Source: an uncultured Candidatus Saccharibacteria bacterium (GTDB lineage: Bacteria; Patescibacteriota; WWE3; UBA101185; UBA10185). From it: DNA of 27,071 bases. Location of the stretch: positions 9,690-36,760 of the forward strand of contig CAYRRO010000001.1 in NCBI GenBank assembly GCA_964426685.1, in the 5' to 3' direction. The position numbers were made by a program, and so were the translations under genes. The notes beneath the pieces were generated by a model, which was given only the letters and a program-made list of their open reading frames with translations, was not told the origin of the DNA and did no database searches. Positions within the stretch are counted from its first letter, which is position 1. Every line of letters begins with the position of its first letter. Positions 14,944 to 24,767 of the stretch are shown piece after piece.

Positions 14944-17900
14944 AAAGTAAATTTTTATACCTTAGGCAGAGATATTGCCATCAAAAAAAAGTTTCCATCG
15001 AAACATTTATTTACAAAATTTAATTCAGATAAACAACTGGATTATAAAAGTTTGATTGAAAACATTGATTCTATATACTCTTATTTAGTAAAGGAATTTG
15101 AAAAAAATCCTGAAATCGTTCCTTTATCATCCTCGTGGATTCTCGATAATTATTACCTTATAAATCAACAATCTTCTTATTTATCCGATACTTTTAAACC
15201 AAAAATATTAAATAAATTGCCCTTATCAGAATACGACCAAGTTTATTTTCAAATTCATTACATAGCGATAAAATATTTGGAATCCTCTATTTATGAGTTT
15301 TCTGAAGAAACACTGATTCCTTTTTTAAAGGGCTATCAAAAAATCTATCCTCTTTCTAGTTTAGAGCTTTGGATTCTTCCGACCATTATAAAATTTGAGA
15401 TTATAAAATCTATATTAGATAAGGGGCTGGAAATAAAAGAGAAAATTGAGAACAGCAAATTAGCGGCAAATATAGTTATGGACATATCTTCGGATTTGGA
15501 TAGAGGAAAAAACCCTGCTAAAAGAATTAAAAAAGTCATAAAGGACGTTTCAATAAGTCCCCACGTTCTTTTGCTGGTTTTAGAAGACATTAGAGAGCTT
15601 GATTATCGTGTAGAGGAAGCTTTGAGACTTGTTGAAGGAAAAATACACGAAGAGGATTTGAATTTAGAAGAGTTTACAAGGGCAAGTGTTTTAAGAGATT
15701 TGGATTTGAAACAGGGCCTCAATAACGCGGTAACCTCTATTCGTAATTTTTCATTTATAAACTGGAGCAAATTTTTTACCAAGGTAAGTATAGTTGAAAG
15801 TACTTTATCAACCGATCCGTCAGGTGTGTATTCATTAATGGATGATATAAGCCGAGATAGATATCGACATATCATTGAAGATATGAGTACTAACAGTAAT
15901 TTCAGTGAATCCGAAATTGCAAGAAAATTGGTGGAAAAATCTTCCGAAGCAAATATAGATGTTCAGAGGCATGTTGGTTACTATCTGATAGACGATGGTT
16001 TTTATTCATTTGCCAAAAAAATTGGATATAAACCTCCTTTAAAGGGAGCGCTAAAAATCTTAATAAAAAAACATCCCAATCTATCTTATTTTGGCTTGAA
16101 CATTAGTTTAATTTTATTTCTGTCGTTTTTATCCTTTTTGTTCTTTTTTAAGCACACCCAAAATTTTTTACTTACCGTTTTATTGACAGCCTTACAAATT
16201 ATTCCTTCGTCCAATCTTTGTATTTTTTTTACAAATAAATTCTTTACATGGTTGATGCCTCCCGCTCTTCCCCCGAAGCTTGAGTTTGAAAACCATATTC
16301 CGGAAGAATACAAAACTTTGGTTGTCGTACCCTCTATTTTCTCAGGAAAAGATAAAGTTGACGTTTTGATAGAGAACTTAGAAAAAAGATTTTTAGCTAA
16401 TAAATTTAATAATCTATATTTTGCACTCTTGAGTGATTTTAAAGATTCTCCCTACGAAGAAACCGATCAGGATAAAAAGGATCTTACTTATTTGAGAAAA
16501 AAGATTAAACAGTTAAATATGAAGTACAAGTCTTCAGGGTTTGATGTTTTTTATCTTTTCCACAGGAGTAGAATTTTCAACGAAAGTGAGGGTTGTTGGA
16601 TGGGGTGGGAGAGGAAGAGGGGGAAACTAATGCAACTAGTTGAGTGGTTATCAGACAAAAATAAATCAGAAAATAAATCTTTTTCAGTTGTTGGTGGAGA
16701 TATTTCAAAACTATACGGAATAAGATATGTGATAACGTTGGATGAGGATACATCTATACCAGCCGATGTTTCGTTAAAGTTAATAGGCGCAATGGCGCAT
16801 CCCTTGAACTTTCCTGTTTTGGATGAAGAAAAAAGAGTTATAAAAAGAGGTTACGGATTTTTGCAGCCGAGAATCATTATAAAACCTGAGACTGAGCACA
16901 ACTCTCCTTTTACCAAGATATTTGTAACTGATAGCGGATTTGATTCATATTCCACAGCCATATCCGACATTTATCAGGATGTTTTTAATAGATCTAATTT
17001 TATGGGTAAGGGTATATTTGATGTCAGAGCTGTAAAAGAAACGCTTGTAGGAAGATTTCCTGAAAATGCTCTTTTAAGCCATGATCTTATTGAAAGTTGT
17101 TTTGCAAAAGCGGGATTTTTATCAGATACCAGCTTAGTCGAAGATTTCCCCACATCTTACAAAAGCTTTGTCAATAGAGATAACAGATGGGTAAGAGGTG
17201 ATTGGCAATTACTTCCGTGGTTATGTCCTTCGGTGCCTCTTGCCAACGGTACAAAAATAAAAAATCCTTTAGACATAATGTCTTTGTGGATGGTAGCAGA
17301 TAATTTAAGAAGAAGTTTGGTAGTTCCGGTATTTGTTGTACTGTTATATTTAAATTGGTTTTTTTCTTCATCAGAACGAATAAATACGTACATTTTAATT
17401 TTATTTTTCGGTCACCTTTTATTTGAGTTTTTTTCTGTCAAAAGATATTGGGTTCACAAGTTACCAATATTTGAAAAAATACGACTCACTTTGTCCTTTA
17501 TGTTACAAAAAGTAGTTCTAACCTCTGCTTTTTTTATCATGGCTCCTGTTACAGCAATAAATAAAATCCTTTCCATATTAAGAACGATAAAAAGATTAAT
17601 TATTCATAGAAAACTACTTGAGTGGATGACCCACAGCGAAGCCGAGCATATTAAAAGTGAAAACGACATTAGAGGTTACTTCTTCTCTTCAAAAGCAGTT
17701 TATTTAAATTTAATAATATTGTTTTCTTTATTTGTTTTGGAGAAATTAACCTTATTAAATGTTTTAACTTTATTAATTTGGACCTCTTCCCCACTGTTTG
17801 TTTTTATAATAAGCAAACCTTTCAAACAAATAAGAATTTCCGAAAGACTTGCTGATAAAGATAAAATGCTTAATTATGGGAAAATGATATGGTCTTTTTT

Positions 17901-20900
17901 TGAGCAATACGTAAATGAGGAAAGTAACCACCTACCCCCTGATAATATTCAACTTACACCCTCTAAAAAGATTACCTATAGATCCTCTCCTACTAATATT
18001 GGATTTTACCTTTTATCATTAGTGTCGGCTTATGACCTTGGGATTATTAATTTGGAAACTTTTGCTTACAGATTGGAAAATTCACTGAATGTTGTCTACA
18101 GATTAAAAAAGTATAGGGGGCATTTATATAATTGGTATGATTTAAAAACACTGGAGCCACTGAATCCTTATATTTCAACAGCTGATAGTGGAAATTTTGT
18201 TGCGTCCCTGATGTTGTTGGAAGAAACCTGTTTATCAATTTCTGAATCATTGAAGAAAAGCAAGGTTGAGACTAGTAAGAAAATGCTTCAGATGTCGAAA
18301 CTATCCAGAAGAATTTATCAAAAGACTGATTTTACCTTTCTTTACGATAAAAACGTGTCGGTTTTCTCAATCGGGTATAATACTGCTTCAAAACAAAGGG
18401 ATTCGAGTTATTACGATATTTTAGCTTCTGAGGCAAGAATTGCCAGTTATGTAGCTATTGCTATGGACCAAATAGAAGTAAAACATTGGTTTAATTTGTC
18501 CCGTCCTGTAAGAATTAGGAAAGGAAAGTTTTACCTTATGTCTTGGGGTGGAACAATGTTTGAGTATCTCCTGCCTACTTTATTACTAAACGAAAAGAAA
18601 AATACATTTCTTAATCAAACTACCGAGCAGATATTTAATATTCAGAAAAAATATGCAGAGGATAATGGTATTCCCTGGGGAATTTCGGAATCTAATTTTG
18701 ATGCTTTTGATTTCGACTCTAATTATCAATATAAGATGATGGGGGTACCCGACCTTGCACTTAAAAGGTATGATTCCAGGGATTTGGTAGTGTCTCCTTA
18801 TTCATCTTTTCTGGCCTTAATGATTGCTCCTGAAGAGTCAGAGAAAAATTTACATAGGCTGGAGGATGAGGGAATACTAGGACCATACGGTTTTTATGAG
18901 GCCGTAGATTTTAACAGATCCGTGGTTGAGCCGAAAATAGGTGAAAGTGTAAAAATTTACACGGCACACCATCAAGGTATGAGTTTAGTAGCAATTAACA
19001 ACGCACTTAACGACAGAATAATGATAGATAGACTTCACAGCAATGATTATATAAAGTCATGCGATATTTTATTAGACGAAAAAATTCCTCAAGTATCTAA
19101 TGTGGTTGAAGCAAATCAGTACGGATTTGATAGAAAATTAAGTACTGTAAGGAGATTTGAAAAAGAAAGAGTTAGATACTCTAATACTCCAAACACATTA
19201 TTTCCGATTGCACAACTTTACGGAAACGGTAAGTACTCTGTTATGCTTTCTAATTCAGGTGCAGGGTTTAGTAAATTTAGAGACATTTTTATTAACAGGT
19301 ATAACGAGGATCTTACACTGGATGATTCAGGAAATCATATTTTTATAAAAGAGGCCGAAACTGGTTATTTTTGGTCTGCAACTTATCAACCAACCTTAGT
19401 TAAGCCTGATGATTATGAAGTAAGATTTTATCCTGAATATGCCGAATTCAGAAGAACAGATAAAAAGACATTAACTAATTTAAATATTTTTGTACCACCG
19501 GAAAAGAATTTTGAAATAAGGGAACTTTCAATTACTAACCAATCTGATGCAGTTAAAGATTATGAAATTACTACTTACAGTGAGATTATGCTCGACGAAT
19601 TAAAGGCAGGTGTATCTCATCCGGTTTTTAATAAACTTTTTATTGAAACTTCTTTTGAAGATGGTGTTTTAATTGCAAAAAGAAAGAAACGAAATATTAG
19701 AGATATTGAAAAATTTGCCTTTCATTTTGGCTTTTCAGAAGATTCGGATTTAAAAATAGATTCTTATGAAACGAGTAGGCAGAATTTTATAGGTAGAATA
19801 AAACATATTCAAAACCCCGCAGCTATGGTTTCTAAACTAACCAACGGGATCGGCACTGTCTTGGATCCTGTTTTTAGTCTTAGGTACAAGGTATCTCTAA
19901 AGCCCGGTGAATCTAAGAAAATACATTTTATCTATGGTTATGCAAACAATATTCATGAGATAAAAGCTGCAAGAGAGCTTCTATTTACTGGCGAACAGAT
20001 GCACGAACTTCGATATCTTAATACGCATTATGTCGAGGCCAAAAGAACTCACTTAGGAATAGATGTTCGTCAGGAAATACTGTTCCAGAAATTATTTTCA
20101 AGATTAGTTTACCCTGATTACAGATTAAAGGAATCACAAACTTTAGAGCACACTACCGGAAGAAATCTTTTATATAGATTTTCGATATCAGGTGAAAACA
20201 GAATACTTGCCGTTAAGGTAAATAGTAAAAATATTGAATTAGTAAGAAATTTAGTTCTTCTGCACGAGTATTTAAGAATATTAAGATACAATTTCGATTT
20301 AGTTTTTATAGTAGATGAAAAAATTAGTTATGAAGAGACTTTAGAGCAGGATGTTTATGAAGTGGTCGAAAATTCTCTATCTCACCCATATAAAGATTCA
20401 GGTGTATACGTTCTTAATGTTATTAATATGACTTTAGAGGAAAGGTATACAATACTTTCCTTGGCAAAAGTTGTTTTGGATTCCTCTTTAGGTTCCCTTG
20501 ATGATCAAATTAACCTGGCTTCCAAATATTCAGAACCGGAGTCTGTGGGTATAAAAGATGTTATATATGAAGATTATGTAGAAAGTATAATTCCCGCAGC
20601 GGATTTTAAGGAAGGTTTGGAATTTTATAATGGGATAGGCGGTTTTTCAAAAGACGGTGAAAACTACGTAATGGACATTTCTGCAGAAAACCCTACCCCG
20701 CTCCCTTGGTCCAATGTAATAGCCAACGAAAGATTCGGTACTATGGTAACTGAATCAGGTTTAGGCTATACATGGCATATAAACAGTCAGATGAACAAGA
20801 TATCACCGTGGTCTAACGATTTTGTAAGTGATATCCAAGGTGAAATTATCTATTTAAAAGATGCTGACTCTGAAAAAGTAATTAGCGCTACCCCACTTCC

Positions 20901-22998
20901 CAACAAAAGTGGTAATTTCAGGGTTACACATTCACAGGGATATACTGAATACAAAGGAGAAAGTTTTGATGTTGAACACAAATTAAAGGTCCTTGTAGAT
21001 AAAAACGACCCTGTTAAAATTCTTAAACTAACACTTAAAAACAATAGTAATTACATAAAAACTATCGAGGCTTCTTATTATGTTGAGTTTACGTTAGGTG
21101 AGGACAGGTACACTAACCAGGAAAATCTAAAAATTGAATTTGACCCCATAAGACAATCTATATTGGCTCAAAACCCCTACAATAATAGTTTTTCAAATCA
21201 AATAGCATTTATGGCAACAAATAGACCGGTTGTTGCAGCTACTTCGGATAGAAAAAAATTCTTTGGGATGGGTAATTCTAAAAAAGTACCTCTGTGGATT
21301 TATAAAAATGTCAGAGGAATTACCGGATTTAAGTCTGTATCTGATAAGTGCGGCGTTATAACCACGGAAGTTGAAATTCCTAAAAATTCAAAGGTAAGTT
21401 TAATTTTTATATTGGGTCAAGACGATAATTTAGAAAATATTAATAGATTGATTGATAAATATACTAATTTAGATGCGGTTGAACAAAGTGCTCGGGATGT
21501 TCAGGACAAATGGGGTCAATTAAAATCTAAAATTAAAATTAATACCCCTGATAAAAAATTTAATTACTTGATAAATAATTGGATGTTATATCAAGTTTTG
21601 TCTTGCAGGGTTGATGGAAAAACAGCGTTTTATCAGGCTGCGGGAGCCTTTGGATTTAGAGATCAACTTCAGGATGTAATGTCTCTAGTTTATTGTAGTC
21701 CCGGTAAAGTTAGGGATCACATAACGCTGTGTTGTGCCCATCAATTTAAGGAGGGGGACGTACAACATTGGTGGCACTATCCTTCGGGAGCGGGGGTTAG
21801 GACAAAAATTAGTGATGATTTGCTTTGGTTGCCCTACGTTGTAGCTTACTATATTGAAAAAACCGGAGATACGGATATTTTAAAAATAGAAGTTCCTTAT
21901 TTGGAAATGCAACAACTTCAACCACATGAAGAAAGTATATATGCAATACCCAATGTTTCGGAGGAAAGAGGTAACGTTTTAGATCATTGTCTAAGGGCTA
22001 TATATAAATCTTTGAAATTCGGATCTCACGGGTTGCCTCTAATTGGTTCCGGGGATTGGAATGATGGTTTAAGTAGCGTTGGTGATGAGGGTAAGGGGGA
22101 AAGTGTTTGGCTTGCGTGGTTTTTGATATCGGTTATAGAAAATTTTATTAAAGTTCTTGAAAAAACTGATAGAAGAGGCGAGGTCGAAAGATTGTTGTCA
22201 ACAGTCGAGCAGCTTAAAAACAACGTAAATGAAAATGCTTGGGACGGCGAGTGGTACAAAAGAGCTTTTTTCGATGACGGAAGTCCTTTAGGCACTCACT
22301 TAAATAATGAATGTACAATAGACTCTATATCTCAATCTTGGGCTGTGATATCAGGGGCGGCGTCACCCGGGAAACTTGAAAAAGCGATGTTAAGTCACGA
22401 AAAATATCTTGAGGATAAAAAGAATAAAATTATAAAATTGCTGACGCCGCCTTTTAAAGAATCTACTCCTTTCCCGGGATATATTCAGGGTTATCCGGAA
22501 GGTATTAGAGAAAACGGTGGTCAATATACTCACGGAGCTGTTTGGGCTATGAAAGCTTATGCAGTTATGAGAAACGGCGATAAGGCGTATGAGTTGTTTA
22601 ATACTTTAAACCCTATAAACAGAACTCTTGATAGAGATAGCGTTAATATTTACAAATCCGAACCCTATGTTATGGCCGGCGATATTTACTCTAATCCGCA
22701 GCATTTAGCTAGAGGCGGTTGGAGCTGGTATACGGGCTCTGCGGGCTGGCTTTATAGAGTAGCTATAGAAGATATTTTAGGTTTTAAAGTAAATAAGGAT
22801 TCTTTTATGATGGATCCTGTTTTACCAAAAGCGTGGGAAGGGTTTGAAATGGCCTATTTGTACAATAATACTAAGTATAATATCAAGGTTGAAAGAGGCG
22901 AAAGAAAAGGTCTTTATTTAAATGGAGTTAAGTCGGAAGATCAAAAAATCTATTTTAGAAACGATATGGGTGATATTAACGTTAATTTAATTATTTAG
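14935..22998 (+). CDS. ndvB: Cyclic beta-1,2-glucan synthase (Cgs/NdvB/ChvB): GT84 synthase, TM helices, glucoamylase-like (GH189) transglycosylase domain and GH94 phosphorylase
   Basis: GT84: GWERKRGKL, ITLDEDT, GFLQPR, FMGKGI, LLSHDL, RDNRWVRGDWQ. About 6 TM helices. Middle domain: PPDNIQ, SPTNIG, GHLYNWYD, DSGN, LASEAR, SWGGTMFEYL, PWGISES, GFYEAVD, AHHQGM. GH94: two beta-sandwich repeats (GNGKYSVMLSNSGAG; PWSNVIANERFG), YQAAGAFGFRDQLQD, GDWNDG, ENGGQYTHG, WYTGSAGW. Confidence 0.93.
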   Translation: MENKVNFYTLGRDIAIKKKFPSKHLFTKFNSDKQLDYKSLIENIDSIYSYLVKEFEKNPEIVPLSSSWILDNYYLINQQSSYLSDTFKPKILNKLPLSEYDQVYFQIHYIAIKYLESSIYEFSEETLIPFLKGYQKIYPLSSLELWILPTIIKFEIIKSILDKGLEIKEKIENSKLAANIVMDISSDLDRGKNPAKRIKKVIKDVSISPHVLLLVLEDIRELDYRVEEALRLVEGKIHEEDLNLEEFTRASVLRDLDLKQGLNNAVTSIRNFSFINWSKFFTKVSIVESTLSTDPSGVYSLMDDISRDRYRHIIEDMSTNSNFSESEIARKLVEKSSEANIDVQRHVGYYLIDDGFYSFAKKIGYKPPLKGALKILIKKHPNLSYFGLNISLILFLSFLSFLFFFKHTQNFLLTVLLTALQIIPSSNLCIFFTNKFFTWLMPPALPPKLEFENHIPEEYKTLVVVPSIFSGKDKVDVLIENLEKRFLANKFNNLYFALLSDFKDSPYEETDQDKKDLTYLRKKIKQLNMKYKSSGFDVFYLFHRSRIFNESEGCWMGWERKRGKLMQLVEWLSDKNKSENKSFSVVGGDISKLYGIRYVITLDEDTSIPADVSLKLIGAMAHPLNFPVLDEEKRVIKRGYGFLQPRIIIKPETEHNSPFTKIFVTDSGFDSYSTAISDIYQDVFNRSNFMGKGIFDVRAVKETLVGRFPENALLSHDLIESCFAKAGFLSDTSLVEDFPTSYKSFVNRDNRWVRGDWQLLPWLCPSVPLANGTKIKNPLDIMSLWMVADNLRRSLVVPVFVVLLYLNWFFSSSERINTYILILFFGHLLFEFFSVKRYWVHKLPIFEKIRLTLSFMLQKVVLTSAFFIMAPVTAINKILSILRTIKRLIIHRKLLEWMTHSEAEHIKSENDIRGYFFSSKAVYLNLIILFSLFVLEKLTLLNVLTLLIWTSSPLFVFIISKPFKQIRISERLADKDKMLNYGKMIWSFFEQYVNEESNHLPPDNIQLTPSKKITYRSSPTNIGFYLLSLVSAYDLGIINLETFAYRLENSLNVVYRLKKYRGHLYNWYDLKTLEPLNPYISTADSGNFVASLMLLEETCLSISESLKKSKVETSKKMLQMSKLSRRIYQKTDFTFLYDKNVSVFSIGYNTASKQRDSSYYDILASEARIASYVAIAMDQIEVKHWFNLSRPVRIRKGKFYLMSWGGTMFEYLLPTLLLNEKKNTFLNQTTEQIFNIQKKYAEDNGIPWGISESNFDAFDFDSNYQYKMMGVPDLALKRYDSRDLVVSPYSSFLALMIAPEESEKNLHRLEDEGILGPYGFYEAVDFNRSVVEPKIGESVKIYTAHHQGMSLVAINNALNDRIMIDRLHSNDYIKSCDILLDEKIPQVSNVVEANQYGFDRKLSTVRRFEKERVRYSNTPNTLFPIAQLYGNGKYSVMLSNSGAGFSKFRDIFINRYNEDLTLDDSGNHIFIKEAETGYFWSATYQPTLVKPDDYEVRFYPEYAEFRRTDKKTLTNLNIFVPPEKNFEIRELSITNQSDAVKDYEITTYSEIMLDELKAGVSHPVFNKLFIETSFEDGVLIAKRKKRNIRDIEKFAFHFGFSEDSDLKIDSYETSRQNFIGRIKHIQNPAAMVSKLTNGIGTVLDPVFSLRYKVSLKPGESKKIHFIYGYANNIHEIKAARELLFTGEQMHELRYLNTHYVEAKRTHLGIDVRQEILFQKLFSRLVYPDYRLKESQTLEHTTGRNLLYRFSISGENRILAVKVNSKNIELVRNLVLLHEYLRILRYNFDLVFIVDEKISYEETLEQDVYEVVENSLSHPYKDSGVYVLNVINMTLEERYTILSLAKVVLDSSLGSLDDQINLASKYSEPESVGIKDVIYEDYVESIIPAADFKEGLEFYNGIGGFSKDGENYVMDISAENPTPLPWSNVIANERFGTMVTESGLGYTWHINSQMNKISPWSNDFVSDIQGEIIYLKDADSEKVISATPLPNKSGNFRVTHSQGYTEYKGESFDVEHKLKVLVDKNDPVKILKLTLKNNSNYIKTIEASYYVEFTLGEDRYTNQENLKIEFDPIRQSILAQNPYNNSFSNQIAFMATNRPVVAATSDRKKFFGMGNSKKVPLWIYKNVRGITGFKSVSDKCGVITTEVEIPKNSKVSLIFILGQDDNLENINRLIDKYTNLDAVEQSARDVQDKWGQLKSKIKINTPDKKFNYLINNWMLYQVLSCRVDGKTAFYQAAGAFGFRDQLQDVMSLVYCSPGKVRDHITLCCAHQFKEGDVQHWWHYPSGAGVRTKISDDLLWLPYVVAYYIEKTGDTDILKIEVPYLEMQQLQPHEESIYAIPNVSEERGNVLDHCLRAIYKSLKFGSHGLPLIGSGDWNDGLSSVGDEGKGESVWLAWFLISVIENFIKVLEKTDRRGEVERLLSTVEQLKNNVNENAWDGEWYKRAFFDDGSPLGTHLNNECTIDSISQSWAVISGAASPGKLEKAMLSHEKYLEDKKNKIIKLLTPPFKESTPFPGYIQGYPEGIRENGGQYTHGAVWAMKAYAVMRNGDKAYELFNTLNPINRTLDRDSVNIYKSEPYVMAGDIYSNPQHLARGGWSWYTGSAGWLYRVAIEDILGFKVNKDSFMMDPVLPKAWEGFEMAYLYNNTKYNIKVERGERKGLYLNGVKSEDQKIYFRNDMGDINVNLII

Positions 22999-23001
22999 GA
23001 G
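22997..23001 (+). promoter_or_regulatory. Shine-Dalgarno-like AGGAG for the phosphohexomutase, overlapping the cgs stop
   Basis: tttAGGAG-acttcaaa-ATG (8-nt spacer). Confidence 0.55.
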
Positions 23002-23009
23002 ACTTCAAA

Positions 23010-24449
23010 ATGGAAAAACATATATTAGATACTATCTTTCGTGCTTACGATATTAGAGGTAGATATCCATCAGAATTGAATTCAGAATTTTATGAAAATT
23101 TAGGTAAAGCCTACGCGACATTTTTTAAACCTAATAAGGTAGCGGTGGGTTACGATATTAGACCTGAAAGTATTGAAATGAAGAACTCTCTTGCAAAGGG
23201 TCTGTCCGAAATGGGTTGTGATGTTGTTGATATAGGAGAAATCCCCACCGAAGCTTTGTATTTTGCTACCGGAGAACATCCTGAGATATTTGACGGTGGT
23301 TTAGTTGTGACAGCTTCTCATAATGGTGCGGGTTGGAATGGATGTAAGATGGTAACTAAAAATGCTAAACCAATTAGTGGTACAACCGGTTTGATGGACC
23401 TTAAAAAAATTATTCTTGAAAGCAGATATGAGATGGTTAGAGATAAGATAGGTGAGATCTCCAATATGGATGTGATGCCTGAATACAAGAAAAAAGTATT
23501 ATCTTTCATAACTTCAAAGCATAAAAAATCGCTTAATATTGTTGTAGATGCAGGAAATGGAATCGGCGGAAAAGTTTTCGACTATATATTTAATGATTTA
23601 GAAATAAATATAAAGAATCCCGCAGATAATGGTGCAGGCTTCTTGAATATTGAACGTATGTATTTTGATCCTGACGGTACTTACCCAAACCACGTTCCTA
23701 ATCCTATGGAGGAAGAAAATGTTGAAGAAATTAAAAAAAGAGTCGTGGAAACCGATGCCGATTTTGGTATTGCTATAGATGGTGATGCTGACAGAGCATT
23801 TTTTATTGACAAAAAAGGTAGAAGGCCTGACGGTGTTTATGTGGGAGTTTTGCTTGCTAAAAATATACTTAAAAATAATTCTGAAAATAAAAAAATTGTA
23901 CACGACCCAAGGATTACTTGGCCGTTTATAAAAGAGGCGCAAAAACTTGGGGCAGAAGTTCACCAAAGTATGGCGGGGCATTCATTTTTTAAAGCTGCTA
24001 TGGCTGAAAAACAGGCTCTATTCGGGGCAGAGGCAAGTGCACATTTTTATTACCGTGACTTTTATAATTGTGACTCAGGTATGGTTACTATTGCTCAATT
24101 GTTAAATATGTATTTTGAAGGTTTTGAGTTGACGACTGAGGTAGATTATTTATTTGAAAACTACCCGAATTCAGGAGAGGTCAATTATCGTGTTGAGAAT
24201 GCCATAGGTTTGATTCATGAAATTGAAGAACACTATGAAAAACAAGGTGCTAAGATTGAAAAAGTCGACGGGCTTTCTGTTGAATTTGATGATTGGAGAT
24301 TTAATTTAAGAACTTCAAACACCCAACCTCTTCTAAGAATTAACTTAGAGGCCAAAACCAAAGAAATTGTAGTTGAAAAATTCTTGGAAGTTGAAAAAAT
24401 GATTGGTGCTGTACGGGATAATCTACCGGCTCTTGAAGAACTTAGATAG
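23010..24449 (+). CDS. Phosphomannomutase/phosphoglucomutase (alpha-D-phosphohexomutase)
   Basis: FRAYDIRG, VTASHN (phosphoserine), DGDADR (metal binding), GAEASAH (sugar binding), FNLRTSNTQPLLRINLEA. Confidence 0.95.
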   Translation: MEKHILDTIFRAYDIRGRYPSELNSEFYENLGKAYATFFKPNKVAVGYDIRPESIEMKNSLAKGLSEMGCDVVDIGEIPTEALYFATGEHPEIFDGGLVVTASHNGAGWNGCKMVTKNAKPISGTTGLMDLKKIILESRYEMVRDKIGEISNMDVMPEYKKKVLSFITSKHKKSLNIVVDAGNGIGGKVFDYIFNDLEINIKNPADNGAGFLNIERMYFDPDGTYPNHVPNPMEEENVEEIKKRVVETDADFGIAIDGDADRAFFIDKKGRRPDGVYVGVLLAKNILKNNSENKKIVHDPRITWPFIKEAQKLGAEVHQSMAGHSFFKAAMAEKQALFGAEASAHFYYRDFYNCDSGMVTIAQLLNMYFEGFELTTEVDYLFENYPNSGEVNYRVENAIGLIHEIEEHYEKQGAKIEKVDGLSVEFDDWRFNLRTSNTQPLLRINLEAKTKEIVVEKFLEVEKMIGAVRDNLPALEELR

Positions 24450-24450
24450 G

Positions 24451-24690
24451 CTACAAGTCTATTACAAATAATTTGTTTTTTGATTTTACTCCGTGGATTA
24501 AAGTAATTGATGATTTAGGCGTTTTATATAATTCTGAGAGCTTGTCTACTACTGCCCTATTCGCCTTTCCTTCGATAGCAGGCTCTTTAATACAGATGTG
24601 CAAGACACCGTCAGAGGCGTACTCAGTTTTTGGAGACTTTGAGTTAGCGTGGACAACAATTTGTAATTTTATTTTTTTATTCTGTTCCAT
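24451..24690 (-). CDS. yggU: DUF167 / UPF0235 (YggU-like) protein
   Basis: VHANSK...IKEPAIEGKANRAVVDKLS...KSSITLIHGVKSKNKLFVI. Confidence 0.85.
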   Translation of the reverse strand: MEQNKKIKLQIVVHANSKSPKTEYASDGVLHICIKEPAIEGKANRAVVDKLSELYKTPKSSITLIHGVKSKNKLFVIDL

Positions 24691-24701
24691 AGTACAAAGT
24701 C

Positions 24702-24707
24702 ATTATA
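24702..24707 (-). promoter_or_regulatory. -10 box TATAAT, 11 nt upstream of the DUF167 ATG
   Basis: Minus strand: ctta-TATAAT-gactttgtact-ATG. Confidence 0.45.
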
Positions 24708-24767
24708 TAAGAAAAAAACAAATAGATTTTTGGACATATCTTTTCTATTCTGTTTTAATTAAATAGG

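Noticed and set aside
14922-14945. Regulatory uORF MENCYGE overlapping the cgs start
   Set aside because: Its ATG is only 4 nt from the -10 box and so probably lies upstream of the transcription start; kept only as part of the duplication finding.
14823-23009. cgs as a recent mobile or horizontally acquired island
   Set aside because: No flanking integrase, transposase, att-like repeats or visible composition shift. Ancient transfer remains possible but needs a phylogeny.
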